A stretch of 64,000 nucleotides of DNA, taken from Nemertoderma westbladi. Its lineage: Eukaryota; Animalia; Xenacoelomorpha. The stretch spans positions 1 through 64,000 of the forward strand of contig JAUCBJ010002874.1 of NCBI GenBank assembly GCA_032718475.1, written 5' to 3'. The notes beneath the pieces are model-generated. The model did no database searches. It saw nothing but the letters and a program-made list of their open reading frames with translations, and was not told where the DNA came from. Below are positions 22,801 to 36,600 of this stretch, piece by piece; the first letter of the stretch is position 1; each line of letters starts with the position of its first letter. A program made the position numbers and the translations under genes.

Positions 22801-25800
22801 GTATGGAGTAGGGAAAGAACGTAGAGGCATTCATAGTAAATGTATGGAGTAGGGAAAGAACGTAGAGGCATTCATAGTAAATGTATGAAGGAGGGAATGA
22901 AGAACGTAGAGGCATTCATAGTAAATGTATGGAGGAGGGAATGAAGAACGTAGAGGCATTCATAGTAAATGAGGAGGGAAAGAACGTAGAGGCATTCATA
23001 GTAAATGTATGGAGTAGGGAAAGAACGTAGAGGCATTCATAGTAAATGTATGGAGGAGGGAAAGAAGAACGTAGAGGCATTCATAGTAAATGTATGGAGT
23101 AGGGAAAGAAGAACGTAGAGGCATTCATAGTAAATGTATGGAGTAGGGAAAGAACGTAGAGGCATTCATAGTAAATGTATGGAGGAGGGAATGAAGAACG
23201 TAGAGGCATTCATAGTAAATGTATGGAGTAGGGAAAGAACGTAGAGGCATTCATAGTAAATGTATGGAGTAGGGAAAGAACGTAGAGGCATTCATAGTAA
23301 ATGTATGGAGGAGGGAAAGAAGAACGTAGAGGCATTCATAGTAAATGTATGGAGTAGGGAAAGAACGTAGAGGCATTCATAGTAAATGTATGGAGGAGGG
23401 AATGAAGAACGTAGAGGCATTCATAGTAAATGTATGGAGTAGGGAAAGAACGTAGAGGCATTCATAGTAAATGTATGAAGGAGGGAATGAAGAACGTAGA
23501 GGCATTCATAGTAAATGAGTAGGGAAAGAACGTAGAGGCATTCATAGTAAATGTATGGAGGAGGGAAAGAACGTAGAGGCATTCATAGTAAATGTATGGA
23601 GGAGGGAAAGAACGTAGAGGCATTCATAGTAAATGTATGAAGGAGGGAATGAAGAACGTAGAGGCATTCATAGTAAATGAGTAGGGAAAGAACGTAGAGG
23701 CATTCATAGTAAATGTATGGAGGAGGGAAAGAACGTAGAGGCATTCATAGTAAATGTATGGAGTAGGGAAAGAACGTAGAGGCATTCATAGTAAATGTAT
23801 GGAGGAGGGAATGAAGAACGTAGAGGCATTCATAGTAAATGTATGGAGTAGGGAAAGAACGTAGAGGCATTCATAGTAAATGTATGAAGGAGGGAATGAA
23901 GAACGTAGAGGCATTCATAGTAAATGTATGAAGTAGGGAAAGAACGTAGAGGCATTCATAGTAAATGTATGGAGGAGGGAATGAAGAACGTAGAGGCATT
24001 CATAGTAAATGTATGAAGTAGGGAAAGAACGTAGAGGCATTCATAGTAAATGTATGAAGGAGGGAATGAAGAACGTAGAGGCATTCATAGTAAATGAGTA
24101 GGGAAAGATCGTAGAGGCATTCATAGTAAATGTATGGAGTAGGGAAAGAAGAACGTAGAGGCATTCATAGTAAATGTATGGAGTAGGGAAAGAACGTAGA
24201 GGCATTCATAGTAAATGTATGGAGTAGGGAAAGAACGTAGAGGCATTCATAGTAAATGTATGGAGGAGGGAATGAAGAACGTAGAGGCATTCATAGTAAA
24301 TGTATGGAGTAGGGAAAGAACGTAGAGGCATTCATAGTAAATGTATGAAGGAGGGAATGAAGAACGTAGAGGCATTCATAGTAAATGTATGAAGTAGGGA
24401 AAGAACGTAGAGGCATTCATAGTAAATGTATGGAGTAGGGAAAGAACGTAGAGGCATTCATAGTAAATGTATGGAGGAGGGAATGAAGAACGTAGAGGCA
24501 TTCATAGTAAATGTATGGAGGAGGGAAAGAACGTAGAGGCATTCATAGTAAATGTATGGAGTAGGGAAAGAACGTAGAGGCATTCATAGTAAATGTATGG
24601 AGTAGGGAATGAAGAACGTAGAGGCATTCATAGTAAATGTATGGAGTAGGGAGAGAACGTAGAGGCATTCATAGTAAATGTATGGAGTAGGGAATGAAGA
24701 ACGTAGAGGCATTCATAGTAAATGTATGGAGTAGGGAAAGAACGTAGAGGCATTCATAGTAAATGAGTAGGGAGAGAACGTAGAGGCATTCATAGTAAAT
24801 GTATGGAGTAGGGAAAGAACGTAGAGGCATTCATAGTAAATGTATGGAGAAGGGAAAGAACGTAGAGGCATTCATAGTAAATGTATGGAGTAGGGAAAGA
24901 ACGTAGAGGCATTCATAGTAAATGTATGGAGAAGGGAAAGAACGTAGAGGCATTCATAGTAAATGTATGAAGGAGGGAATGAAGAACGTAGAGGCATTCA
25001 TAGTAAATGAGTAGGGAAAGAACGTAGAGGCATTCATAGTAAATGTATGGAGGAGGGAATGAAGAACGTAGAGGCATTCATAGTAAATGAGTAGGGAAAG
25101 AACGTAGAGGCATTCATAGTAAATGTATGGAGGAGGGAATGAAGAACGTAGAGGCATTCATAGTAAATGTATGGAGTAGGGAAAGAACGTAGAGGCATTC
25201 ATAGTAAATGTATGAAGGAGGGAATGAAGAACGTAGAGGCATTCATAGTAAATGTATGGAGGAGGGAATGAAGAACGTAGAGGCATTCATAGTAAATGTA
25301 TGGAGTAGGGAAAGAACGTAGAGGCATTCATAGTAAATGTATGGAGGAGGGAAAGAAGAACGTAGAGGCATTCATAGTAAATGTATGGAGTAGGGAAAGA
25401 ACGTAGAGGCATTCATAGTAAATGTATGAAGGAGGGAATGAAGAACGTAGAGGCATTCATAGTAAATGTATGGAGGAGGGAATGAAGAACGTAGAGGCAT
25501 TCATAGTAAATGTATGGAGTAGGGAAAGAACGTAGAGGCATTCATAGTAAATGTATGGAGGAGGGAAAGAAGAACGTAGAGGCATTCATAGTAAATGTAT
25601 GGAGTAGGGAAAGAACGTAGAGGCATTCATAGTAAATGTATGGAGGAGGGAATGAAGAACGTAGAGGCATTCATAGTAAATGTATGGAGTAGGGAAAGAA
25701 CGTAGAGGCATTCATAGTAAATGTATGAAGGAGGGAATGAAGAACGTAGAGGCATTCATAGTAAATGAGTAGGGAAAGAACGTAGAGGCATTCATAGTAA

Positions 25801-28800
25801 ATGTATGGAGGAGGGAAAGAACGTAGAGGCATTCATAGTAAATGTATGGAGGAGGGAAAGAACGTAGAGGCATTCATAGTAAATGTATGGAGGAGGGAAA
25901 GAACGTAGAGGCATTCATAGTAAATGTATGAAGGAGGGAATGAAGAACGTAGAGGCATTCATAGTAAATGAGTAGGGAAAGAACGTAGAGGCATTCATAG
26001 TAAATGTATGGAGGAGGGAAAGAACGTAGAGGCATTCATAGTAAATGTATGGAGTAGGGAGAGAACGTAGAGGCATTCATAGTAAATGTATGGAGTAGGG
26101 AGAGAACGTAGAGGCATTCATAGTAAATGTATGGAGGAGGGAATGAAGAACGTAGAGGCATTCATAGTAAATGTATGGAGTAGGGAAAGAACGTAGAGGC
26201 ATTCATAGTAAATGTATGAAGGAGGGAATGAAGAACGTAGAGGCATTCATAGTAAATGTATGAAGTAGGGAAAGAACGTAGAGGCATTCATAGTAAATGT
26301 ATGAAGGAGGGAATGAAGAACGTAGAGGCATTCATAGTAAATGAGTAGGGAAAGATCGTAGAGGCATTCATAGTAAATGTATGGAGTAGGGAAAGAAGAA
26401 CGTAGAGGCATTCATAGTAAATGTATGAAGTAGGGAAAGAACGTAGAGGCATTCATAGTAAATGTATGGAGGAGGGAATGAAGAACGTAGAGGCATTCAT
26501 AGTAAATGTATGGAGTAGGGAAAGAACGTAGAGGCATTCATAGTAAATGTATGAAGGAGGGAATGAAGAACGTAGAGGCATTCATAGTAAATGTATGAAG
26601 TAGGGAAAGAACGTAGAGGCATTCATAGTAAATGTATGGAGTAGGGAAAGAACGTAGAGGCATTCATAGTAAATGTATGGAGGAGGGAATGAAGAACGTA
26701 GAGGCATTCATAGTAAATGTATGGAGGAGGGAAAGAACGTAGAGGCATTCATAGTAAATGTATGGAGTAGGGAAAGAACGTAGAGGCATTCATAGTAAAT
26801 GTATGGAGTAGGGAATGAAGAACGTAGAGGCATTCATAGTAAATGTATGGAGTAGGGAGAGAACGTAGAGGCATTCATAGTAAATGTATGGAGTAGGGAA
26901 TGAAGAACGTAGAGGCATTCATAGTAAATGTATGGAGGAGGGAATGAAGAACGTAGAGGCATTCATAGTAAATGTATGGAGGAGGGAATGAAGAACGTAG
27001 AGGCATTCATAGTAAATGTATGGAGTAGGGAAAGAACGTAGAGGCATTCATAGTAAATGTATGGAGGAGGGAAAGAACGTAGAGGCATTCATAGTAAATG
27101 TATGGAGTAGGGAATGAAGAACGTAGAGGCATTCATAGTAAATGTATGGAGGAGGGAATGAAGAACGTAGAGGCATTCATAGTAAATGTATGGAGTAGGG
27201 AAAGAACGTAGAGGCATTCATAGTAAATGTATGGAGTAGGGAATGAACGTAGAGGCATTCATAGTAAATGTATGGAGTAGGGAAAGAACGTAGAGGCATT
27301 CATAGTAAATGTATGGAGGAGGGAATGAAGAACGTAGAGGCATTCATAGTAAATGTATGGAGTAGGGAAAGAACGTAGAGGCATTCATAGTAAATGTATG
27401 GAGTAGGGAAAGAACGTAGAGGCATTCATAGTAAATGTATGGAGGAGGGAATGAAGAACGTAGAGGCATTCATAGTAAATGTATGGAGGAGGGAATGAAG
27501 AACGTAGAGGCATTCATAGTAAATGTATGGAGTAGGGAAAGAACGTAGAGGCATTCATAGTAAATGTATGGAGGAGGGAATGAAGAACGTAGAGGCATTC
27601 ATAGTAAATGTATGGAGTAGAGAAAGAACGTAGAGGCATTCATAGTAAATGTATGAAGGAGGGAATGAAGAACGTAGAGGCATTCATAGTAAATGTATGG
27701 AGTAGGGAAAGAACGTAGAGGCATTCATAGTAAATGTATGGAGGAGGGAATGAAGAACGTAGAGGCATTCATAGTAAATGTATGGAGTAGAGAAAGAACG
27801 TAGAGGCATTCATAGTAAATGTATGGAGGAGGGAATGAAGAACGTAGAGGCATTCATAGTAAATGTATGAAGGAGGGAATGAAGAACGTAGAGGCATTCA
27901 TAGTAAATGTATGGAGTAGGGAAAGAACGTAGAGGCATTCATAGTAAATGTATGGAGGAGGGAATGAAGAACGTAGAGGCATTCATAGTAAATGTATGGA
28001 GTAGGGAAAGAACGTAGAGGCATTCATAGTAAATGTATGGAGGAGGGAATGAAGAACGTAGAGGCATTCATAGTAAATGTATGGAGGAGGGAATGAAGAA
28101 CGTAGAGGCATTCATAGTAAATGTATGGAGGAGGGAATGAAGAACGTAGAGGCATTCATAGTAAATGTATGGAGGAGGGAATGAAGAACGTAGAGGCATT
28201 CATAGTAAATGTATGGAGTAGGGAAAGAACGTAGAGGCATTCATAGTAAATGTATGAAGGAGGGAATGAAGAACGTAGAGGCATTCATAGTAAATGTATG
28301 AAGTAGGGAAAGAACGTAGAGGCATTCATAGTAAATGTATGGAGTAGGGAAAGAACGTAGAGGCATTCATAGTAAATGTATGGAGGAGGGAGAGAACGTA
28401 GAGGCATTCATAGTAAATGTATGGAGTAGGGAAAGATCGTAGAGGCATTCATAGTAAATGTATGAAGGAGGGAATGAAGAACGTAGAGGCATTCATAGTA
28501 AATGTATGAAGTAGGGAAAGAACGTAGAGGCATTCATAGTAAATGTATGAAGTAGGGAAAGAACGTAGAGGCATTCATAGTAAATGTATGAAGGAGGGAA
28601 TGAAGAACGTAGAGGCATTCATAGTAAATGTATGAAGTAGGGAAAGAACGTAGAGGCATTCATAGTAAATGTATGAAGTAGGGAAAGAACGTAGAGGCAT
28701 TCATAGTAAATGTATGAAGTAGGGAAAGAACGTAGAGGCATTCATAGTAAATGTATGAAGTAGGGAAAGAACGTAGAGGCATTCATAGTAAATGTATGGA

Positions 28801-31800
28801 GTAGGGAAAGAACGTAGAGGCATTCATAGTAAATGTATGAAGGAGGGAATGAAGAACGTAGAGGCATTCATAGTAAATGTATGAAGTAGGGAAAGAACGT
28901 AGAGGCATTCATAGTAAATGTATGAAGTAGGGAAAGAACGTAGAGGCATTCATAGTAAATGTATGAAGGAGGGAATGAAGAACGTAGAGGCATTCATAGT
29001 AAATGTATGAAGTAGGGAAAGAACGTAGAGGCATTCATAGTAAATGTATGAAGTAGGGAAAGAACGTAGAGGCATTCATAGTAAATGTATGAAGTAGGGA
29101 AAGAACGTAGAGGCATTCATAGTAAATGTATGAAGTAGGGAAAGAACGTAGAGGCATTCATAGTAAATGTATGGAGTAGGGAAAGAACGTAGAGGCATTC
29201 ATAGTAAATGTATGAAGGAGGGAATGAAGAACGTAGAGGCATTCATAGTAAATGTATGAAGTAGGGAAAGAACGTAGAGGCATTCATAGTAAATGTATGA
29301 AGTAGGGAAAGAACGTAGAGGCATTCATAGTAAATGTATGGAGTAGGGAAAGATCGTAGAGGCATTCATAGTAAATGTATGGAGTAGGGAAAGATCGTAG
29401 AGGCATTCATAGTAAATGTATGAAGGAGGGAATGAAGAACGTAGAGGCATTCATAGTAAATGTATGGAGTAGGGAAAGAACGTAGAGGCATTCATAGTAA
29501 ATGTATGAAGGAGGGAATGAAGAACGTAGAGGCATTCATAGTAAATGTATGAAGGAGGGAATGAAGAACGTAGAGGCATTCATAGTAAATGTATGAAGTA
29601 GGGAAAGAACGTAGAGGCATTCATAGTAAATGTATGGAGTAGGGAAAGAACGTAGAGGCATTCATAGTAAATGTATGGAGGAGGGAATGAAGAACGTAGA
29701 GGCATTCATAGTAAATGTATGGAGGAGGGAAAGAACGTAGAGGCATTCATAGTAAATGTATGGAGTAGGGAAAGAACGTAGAGGCATTCATAGTAAATGT
29801 ATGGAGGAGGGAATGAAGAACGTAGAGGCATTCATAGTAAATGTATGGAGGAGGGAATGAAGAACGTAGAGGCACTCATAGTAAATGTATGGAGTAGGGA
29901 AAGAACGTAGAGGCATTCATAGTAAATGTATGGAGGAGGGAAAGAACGTAGAGGCATTCATAGTAAATGTATGGAGTAGGGAATGAAGAACGTAGAGGCA
30001 TTCATAGTAAATGTATGGAGGAGGGAATGAAGAACGTAGAGGCATTCATAGTAAATGTATGGAGTAGGGAAAGAACGTAGAGGCATTCATAGTAAATGTA
30101 TGGAGTAGGGAATGAACGTAGAGGCATTCATAGTAAATGTATGGAGTAGGGAAAGAACGTAGAGGCATTCATAGTAAATGTATGGAGGAGGGAATGAAGA
30201 ACGTAGAGGCATTCATAGTAAATGTATGGAGTAGGGAAAGAACGTAGAGGCATTCATAGTAAATGTATGGAGTAGGGAAAGAACGTAGAGGCATTCATAG
30301 TAAATGTATGGAGGAGGGAATGAAGAACGTAGAGGCATTCATAGTAAATGTATGGAGTAGGGAAAGAACGTAGAGGCATTCATAGTAAATGTATGGAGTA
30401 GGGAAAGAACGTAGAGGCATTCATAGTAAATGTATGGAGTAGGGAAAGAACGTAGAGGCATTCATAGTAAATGTATGGAGTAGGGAAAGAACGTAGAGGC
30501 ATTCATAGTAAATGTATGGAGGAGGGAAAGAACGTAGAGGAATTCATAGTAAATGTATGGAGGAGGGAATGAAGAACGTAGAGGCATTCATAGTAAATGT
30601 ATGGAGGAGGGAAAGAACGTAGAGGCATTCATAGTAAATGTATGGAGTAGGGAATGAAGAACGTAGAGGCATTCATAGTAAATGTATGGAGTAGGGAAAG
30701 AACGTAGAGGCATTCATAGTAAATGTATGGAGTAGGGAAAGAACGTAGAGGCATTCATAGTAAATGTATGGAGTAGGGAAAGAACGTAGAGGCATTCATA
30801 GTAAATGTATGGAGGAGGGAATGAAGAACGTAGAGGCATTCATAGTAAATGTATGGAGTAGGGAAAGAACGTAGAGGCATTCATAGTAAATGTATGGAGG
30901 AGGGAATGAAGAACGTAGAGGCATTCATAGTAAATGTATGGAGTAGGGAAAGAACGTAGAGGCATTCATAGTAAATGTATGGAGTAGGGAAAGAACGTAG
31001 AGGCATTCATAGTAAATGTATGGAGTAGGGAAAGAACGTAGAGGCATTCATAGTAAATGTATGGAGGAGGGAATGAAGAACGTAGAGGCATTCATAGTAA
31101 ATGTATGGAGTAGGGAAAGAACGTAGAGGCATTCATAGTAAATGTATGGAGGAGGGAATGAAGAACGTAGAGGCATTCATAGTAAATGTATGGAGGAGGG
31201 AATGAAGAACGTAGAGGCATTCATAGTAAATGTATGGAGGAGGGAATGAAGAACGTAGAGGCATTCATAGTAAATGTATGGAGGAGGGAAAGAACGTAGA
31301 GGCATTCATAGTAAATGTATGGAGTAGGGAATGAAGAACGTAGAGGCATTCATAGTAAATGTATGGAGGAGGGAATGAAGAACGTAGAGGCATTCATAGT
31401 AAATGTATGGAGTAGGGAAAGAACGTAGAGGCATTCATAGTAAATGTATGGAGTAGGGAAAGAACGTAGAGGCATTCATAGTAAATGTATGGAGTAGGGA
31501 AATAACGTAGAGGCATTCATAGTAAATGTATGGAGGAGGGAATGAAGAACGTAGAGGCATTCATAGTAAATGTATGGAGGAGGGAAAGAACGTAGAGGCA
31601 TTCATAGTAAATGTATGGAGGAGGGAATGAAGAACGTAGAGGCATTCATAGTAAATGTATGGAGGAGGGAATGAAGAACGTAGAGGCATTCATAGTAAAT
31701 GTATGGAGTAGGGAAAGAACGTAGAGGCATTCATAGTAAATGTATGGAGGAGGGAATGAAGAACGTAGAGGCATTCATAGTAAATGTATGGGGTAGGGAA

Positions 31801-34800
31801 AGAACGTAGAGGCATTCATAGTAAATGTATGGAGTAGGGAGAGAACGTAGAGGCATTCATAGTAAATGTATGGAGTAGGGAAAGAACGTAGAGGCATTCA
31901 TAGTAAATGTATGGAGTAGGGAAAGAAGAACGTAGAGGCATTCATAGTAAATGTATGGAGTAGGGAAAGAACGTAGAGGCATTCATAGTAAATGTATGGA
32001 GTAGGGAAAGAACGTAGAGGCATTCATAGTAAATGTATGGAGTAGGGAAAGAACGTAGAGGCATTCATAGTAAATGTATGGAGGAGGGAATGAAGAACGT
32101 AGAGGCATTCATAGTAAATGTATGGAGTAGGGAAAGAACGTAGAGGCATTCATAGTAAATGTATGGAGTAGGGAAAGAACGTAGAGGCATTCATAGTAAA
32201 TGTATGGAGTAGGGAAAGAACGTAGAGGCATTCATAGTAAATGTATGGAGTAGGGAAAGAACGTAGAGGCATTCATAGTAAATGTATGGAGTAGGGAAAG
32301 AACGTAGAGGCATTCATAGTAAATGTATGGAGTAGGGAAAGAACGTAGAGGCATTCATAGTAAATGTATGGAGTAGGGAAAGAACGTAGAGGCATTCATA
32401 GTAAATGTATGGAGTAGGGAAAGAACGTAGAGGCATTCATAGTAAATGTATGGAGGAGGGAATGAAGAACGTAGAGGCATTCATAGTAAATGTATGGAGT
32501 AGGGAGAGAACGTAGAGGCATTCATAGTAAATGTATGGAGGAGGGAAAGAACGTAGAGGCATTCATAGTAAATGTATGGAGGAGGGAATGAAGAACGTAG
32601 AGGCATTCATAGTAAATGTATGGAGGAGGGAATGAAGAACGTAGAGGCATTCATAGTAAATGTATGGAGTAGGGAAAGAACGTAGAGGCATTCATAGTAA
32701 ATGTATGGAGTAGGGAAAGAACGTAGAGGCATTCATAGTAAATGTATGGAGGAGGGAATGAAGAACGTAGAGGCATTCATAGTAAATGTATGGAGGAGGG
32801 AATGAAGAACGTAGAGGCATTCATAGTAAATGTATGGAGTAGGGAAAGAACGTAGAGGCATTCATAGTAAATGTATGAAGGAGGGAATGAAGAACGTAGA
32901 GGCATTCATAGTAAATGAGTAGGGAAAGAACGTAGAGGCATTCATAGTAAATGTATGGAGGAGGGAATGAAGAACGTAGAGGCATTCATAGTAAATGTAT
33001 GGAGTAGGGAAAGAACGTAGAGGCATTCATAGTAAATGTATGGAGTAGGGAATGAAGAACGTAGAGGCATTCATAGTAAATGTATGGAGTAGGGAAAGAA
33101 CGTAGAGGCATTCATAGTAAATGTATGGAGGAGGGAAAGAACGTAGAGGCATTCATAGTAAATGTATGAAGGAGGGAATGAAGAACGTAGAGGCATTCAT
33201 AGTAAATGTATGGAGTAGGGAAAGAACGTAGAGGCATTCATAGTAAATGTATGGAGTAGGGAAAGAACGTAGAGGCATTCATAGTAAATGTATGGAGGAG
33301 GGAAAGAACGTAGAGGCATTCATAGTAAATGTATGAAGGAGGGAATGAAGAACGTAGAGGCATTCATAGTAAATGTATGGAGGAGGGAATGAAGAACGTA
33401 GAGGCATTCATAGTAAATGTATGGAGGAGGGAAAGAACGTAGAGGCATTCATAGTAAATGTATGGAGTAGGGAAAGAACGTAGAGGCATTCATAGTAAAT
33501 GTATGGAGTAGGGAGAGAACGTAGAGGCATTCATAGTAAATGTATGGAGTAGGGAGAGAACGTAGAGGCATTCATAGTAAATGTATGGAGTAGGGAGAGA
33601 ACGTAGAGGCATTCATAGTAAATGTATGGAGTAGGGAAAGAACGTAGAGGCATTCATAGTAAATGTATGGAGTAGGGAAAGAACGTAGAGGCATTCATAG
33701 TAAATGTATGGAGTAGGGAAAGAACGTAGAGGCATTCATAGTAAATGTATGGAGTAGGGAAAGAACGTAGAGGCATTCATAGTAAATGTATGGAGTAGGG
33801 AAAGAACGTAGAGGCATTCATAGTAAATGTATGGAGTAGGGAAAGAACGTAGAGGCATTCATAGTAAATGTATGGAGTAGGGAAAGAACGTAGAGGCATT
33901 CATAGTAAATGTATGGAGGAGGGAATGAACGTAGAGGCATTCATAGTAAATGTATGGAGGAGGGAAAGAACGTAGAGGCATTCATAGTAAATGTATGGAG
34001 TAGGGAGAGAACGTAGAGGCATTCATAGTAAATGTATGGAGGAGGGAAAGAACGTAGAGGCATTCATAGTAAATGTATGGAGTAGGGAGAGAACGTAGAG
34101 GCATTCATAGTAAATGTATGAAGTAGGGAAAGAACGTAGAGGCATTCATAGTAAATGTATGGAGGAGGGAATGAAGAACGTAGAGGCATTCATAGTAAAT
34201 GTATGGAGGAGGGAATGAAGAACGTAGAGGCATTCATAGTAAATGTATGGAGTAGGGAAAGAACGTAGAGGCATTCATAGTAAATGTATGGAGTAGGGAA
34301 AGAACGTAGAGGCATTCATAGTAAATGTATGGAGGAGGGAATGAAGAACGTAGAGGCATTCATAGTAAATGTATGGAGTAGGGAGAGAACGTAGAGGCAT
34401 TCATAGTAAATGTATGGAGGAGGGAAAGAACGTAGAGGCATTCATAGTAAATGTATGGAGGAGGGAATGAAGAACGTAGAGGCATTCATAGTAAATGTAT
34501 GGAGGAGGGAATGAAGAACGTAGAGGCATTCATAGTAAATGTATGGAGTAGGGAAAGAACGTAGAGGCATTCATAGTAAATGTATGGAGTAGGGAAAGAA
34601 CGTAGAGGCATTCATAGTAAATGTATGGAGGAGGGAATGAAGAACGTAGAGGCATTCATAGTAAATGTATGGAGGAGGGAATGAAGAACGTAGAGGCATT
34701 CATAGTAAATGTATGGAGTAGGGAAAGAACGTAGAGGCATTCATAGTAAATGTATGAAGGAGGGAATGAAGAACGTAGAGGCATTCATAGTAAATGAGTA

Positions 34801-36600
34801 GGGAAAGAACGTAGAGGCATTCATAGTAAATGTATGGAGGAGGGAATGAAGAACGTAGAGGCATTCATAGTAAATGTATGGAGTAGGGAAAGAACGTAGA
34901 GGCATTCATAGTAAATGTATGGAGTAGGGAATGAAGAACGTAGAGGCATTCATAGTAAATGTATGGAGTAGGGAAAGAACGTAGAGGCATTCATAGTAAA
35001 TGTATGGAGGAGGGAAAGAACGTAGAGGCATTCATAGTAAATGTATGAAGGAGGGAATGAAGAACGTAGAGGCATTCATAGTAAATGTATGGAGTAGGGA
35101 AAGAACGTAGAGGCATTCATAGTAAATGTATGGAGTAGGGACGGAGCGTAGAGGCATTCATAGTAAATGTATGGAGGAGGGAAAGAACGTAGAGGCATTC
35201 ATAGTAAATGTATGAAGGAGGGAATGAAGAACGTAGAGGCATTCATAGTAAATGTATGGAGGAGGGAATGAAGAACGTAGAGGCATTCATAGTAAATGTA
35301 TGGAGGAGGGAGAGAACGTAGAGGCATTCATAGTAAATGTATGGAGTAGGGAAAGAACGTAGAGGCATTCATAGTAAATGTATGGAGGAGGGAAAGAACG
35401 TAGAGGCATTCATAGTAAATGTATGGAGGAGGGAGAGAACGTAGAGGCATTCATAGTAAATGTATGGAGTAGGGAAAGAACGTAGAGGCATTCATAGTAA
35501 ATGTATGGAGGAGGGAAAGAACGTAGAGGCATTCATAGTAAATGTATGGAGTAGGGAAAGAACGTAGAGGCATTCATAGTAAATGTATGGAGGAGGGAAA
35601 GAACGTAGAGGCATTCATAGTAAATGTATGAAGGAGGGAATGAAGAACGTAGAGGCATTCATAGTAAATGTATGGAGGAGGGAATGAAGAACTTAGAGGC
35701 ATTCATAGTAAATGTATGGAGGAGGGAAAGAACGTAGAGGCATTCATAGTAAATGTATGAAGGAGGGAATGAAGAACGTAGAGGCATTCATAGTAAATGT
35801 ATGGAGGAGGGAGAGAACGTAGAGGCATTCATAGTAAATGTATGGAGTAGGGAAAGAACGTAGAGGCATTCATAGTAAATGTATGGAGGAGGGAAAGAAC
35901 GTAGAGGCATTCATAGTAAATGTATGAAGGAGGGAATGAAGAACGTAGAGGCATTCATAGTAAATGTATGGAGGAGGGAATGAAGAACGTAGAGGCATTC
36001 ATAGTAAATGTATGGAGGAGGGAAAGAACGTAGAGGCATTCATAGTAAATGTATGGAGTAGGGAAAGAACGTAGAGGCATTCATAGTAAATGTATGGAGT
36101 AGGGAGAGAACGTAGAGGCATTCATAGTAAATGTATGGAGTAGGGAGAGAACGTAGAGGCATTCATAGTAAATGTATGGAGTAGGGAGAGAACGTAGAGG
36201 CATTCATAGTAAATGTATGGAGTAGGGAAAGAACGTAGAGGCATTCATAGTAAATGTATGGAGTAGGGAAAGAACGTAGAGGCATTCATAGTAAATGTAT
36301 GGAGTAGGGAAAGAACGTAGAGGCATTCATAGTAAATGTATGGAGTAGGGAAAGAACGTAGAGGCATTCATAGTAAATGTATGGAGTAGGGAAAGAACGT
36401 AGAGGCATTCATAGTAAATGTATGGAGTAGGGAAAGATCGTAGAGGCATTCATAGTAAATGTATGGAGTAGGGAAAGAACGTAGAGGCATTCATAGTAAA
36501 TGTATGGAGGAGGGAATGAACGTAGAGGCATTCATAGTAAATGTATGGAGGAGGGAAAGAACGTAGAGGCATTCATAGTAAATGTATGGAGGAGGGAAAG
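16900..36600 (+). repeat. Array domain B: 41/44-mer dominated, 36-mers rare
   Basis: GGGAATGAAGAAC units are frequent. No 36-mers were seen at about 18580-22230 or 26380-32910, matching gaps in the ORF track. Confidence 0.85.
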
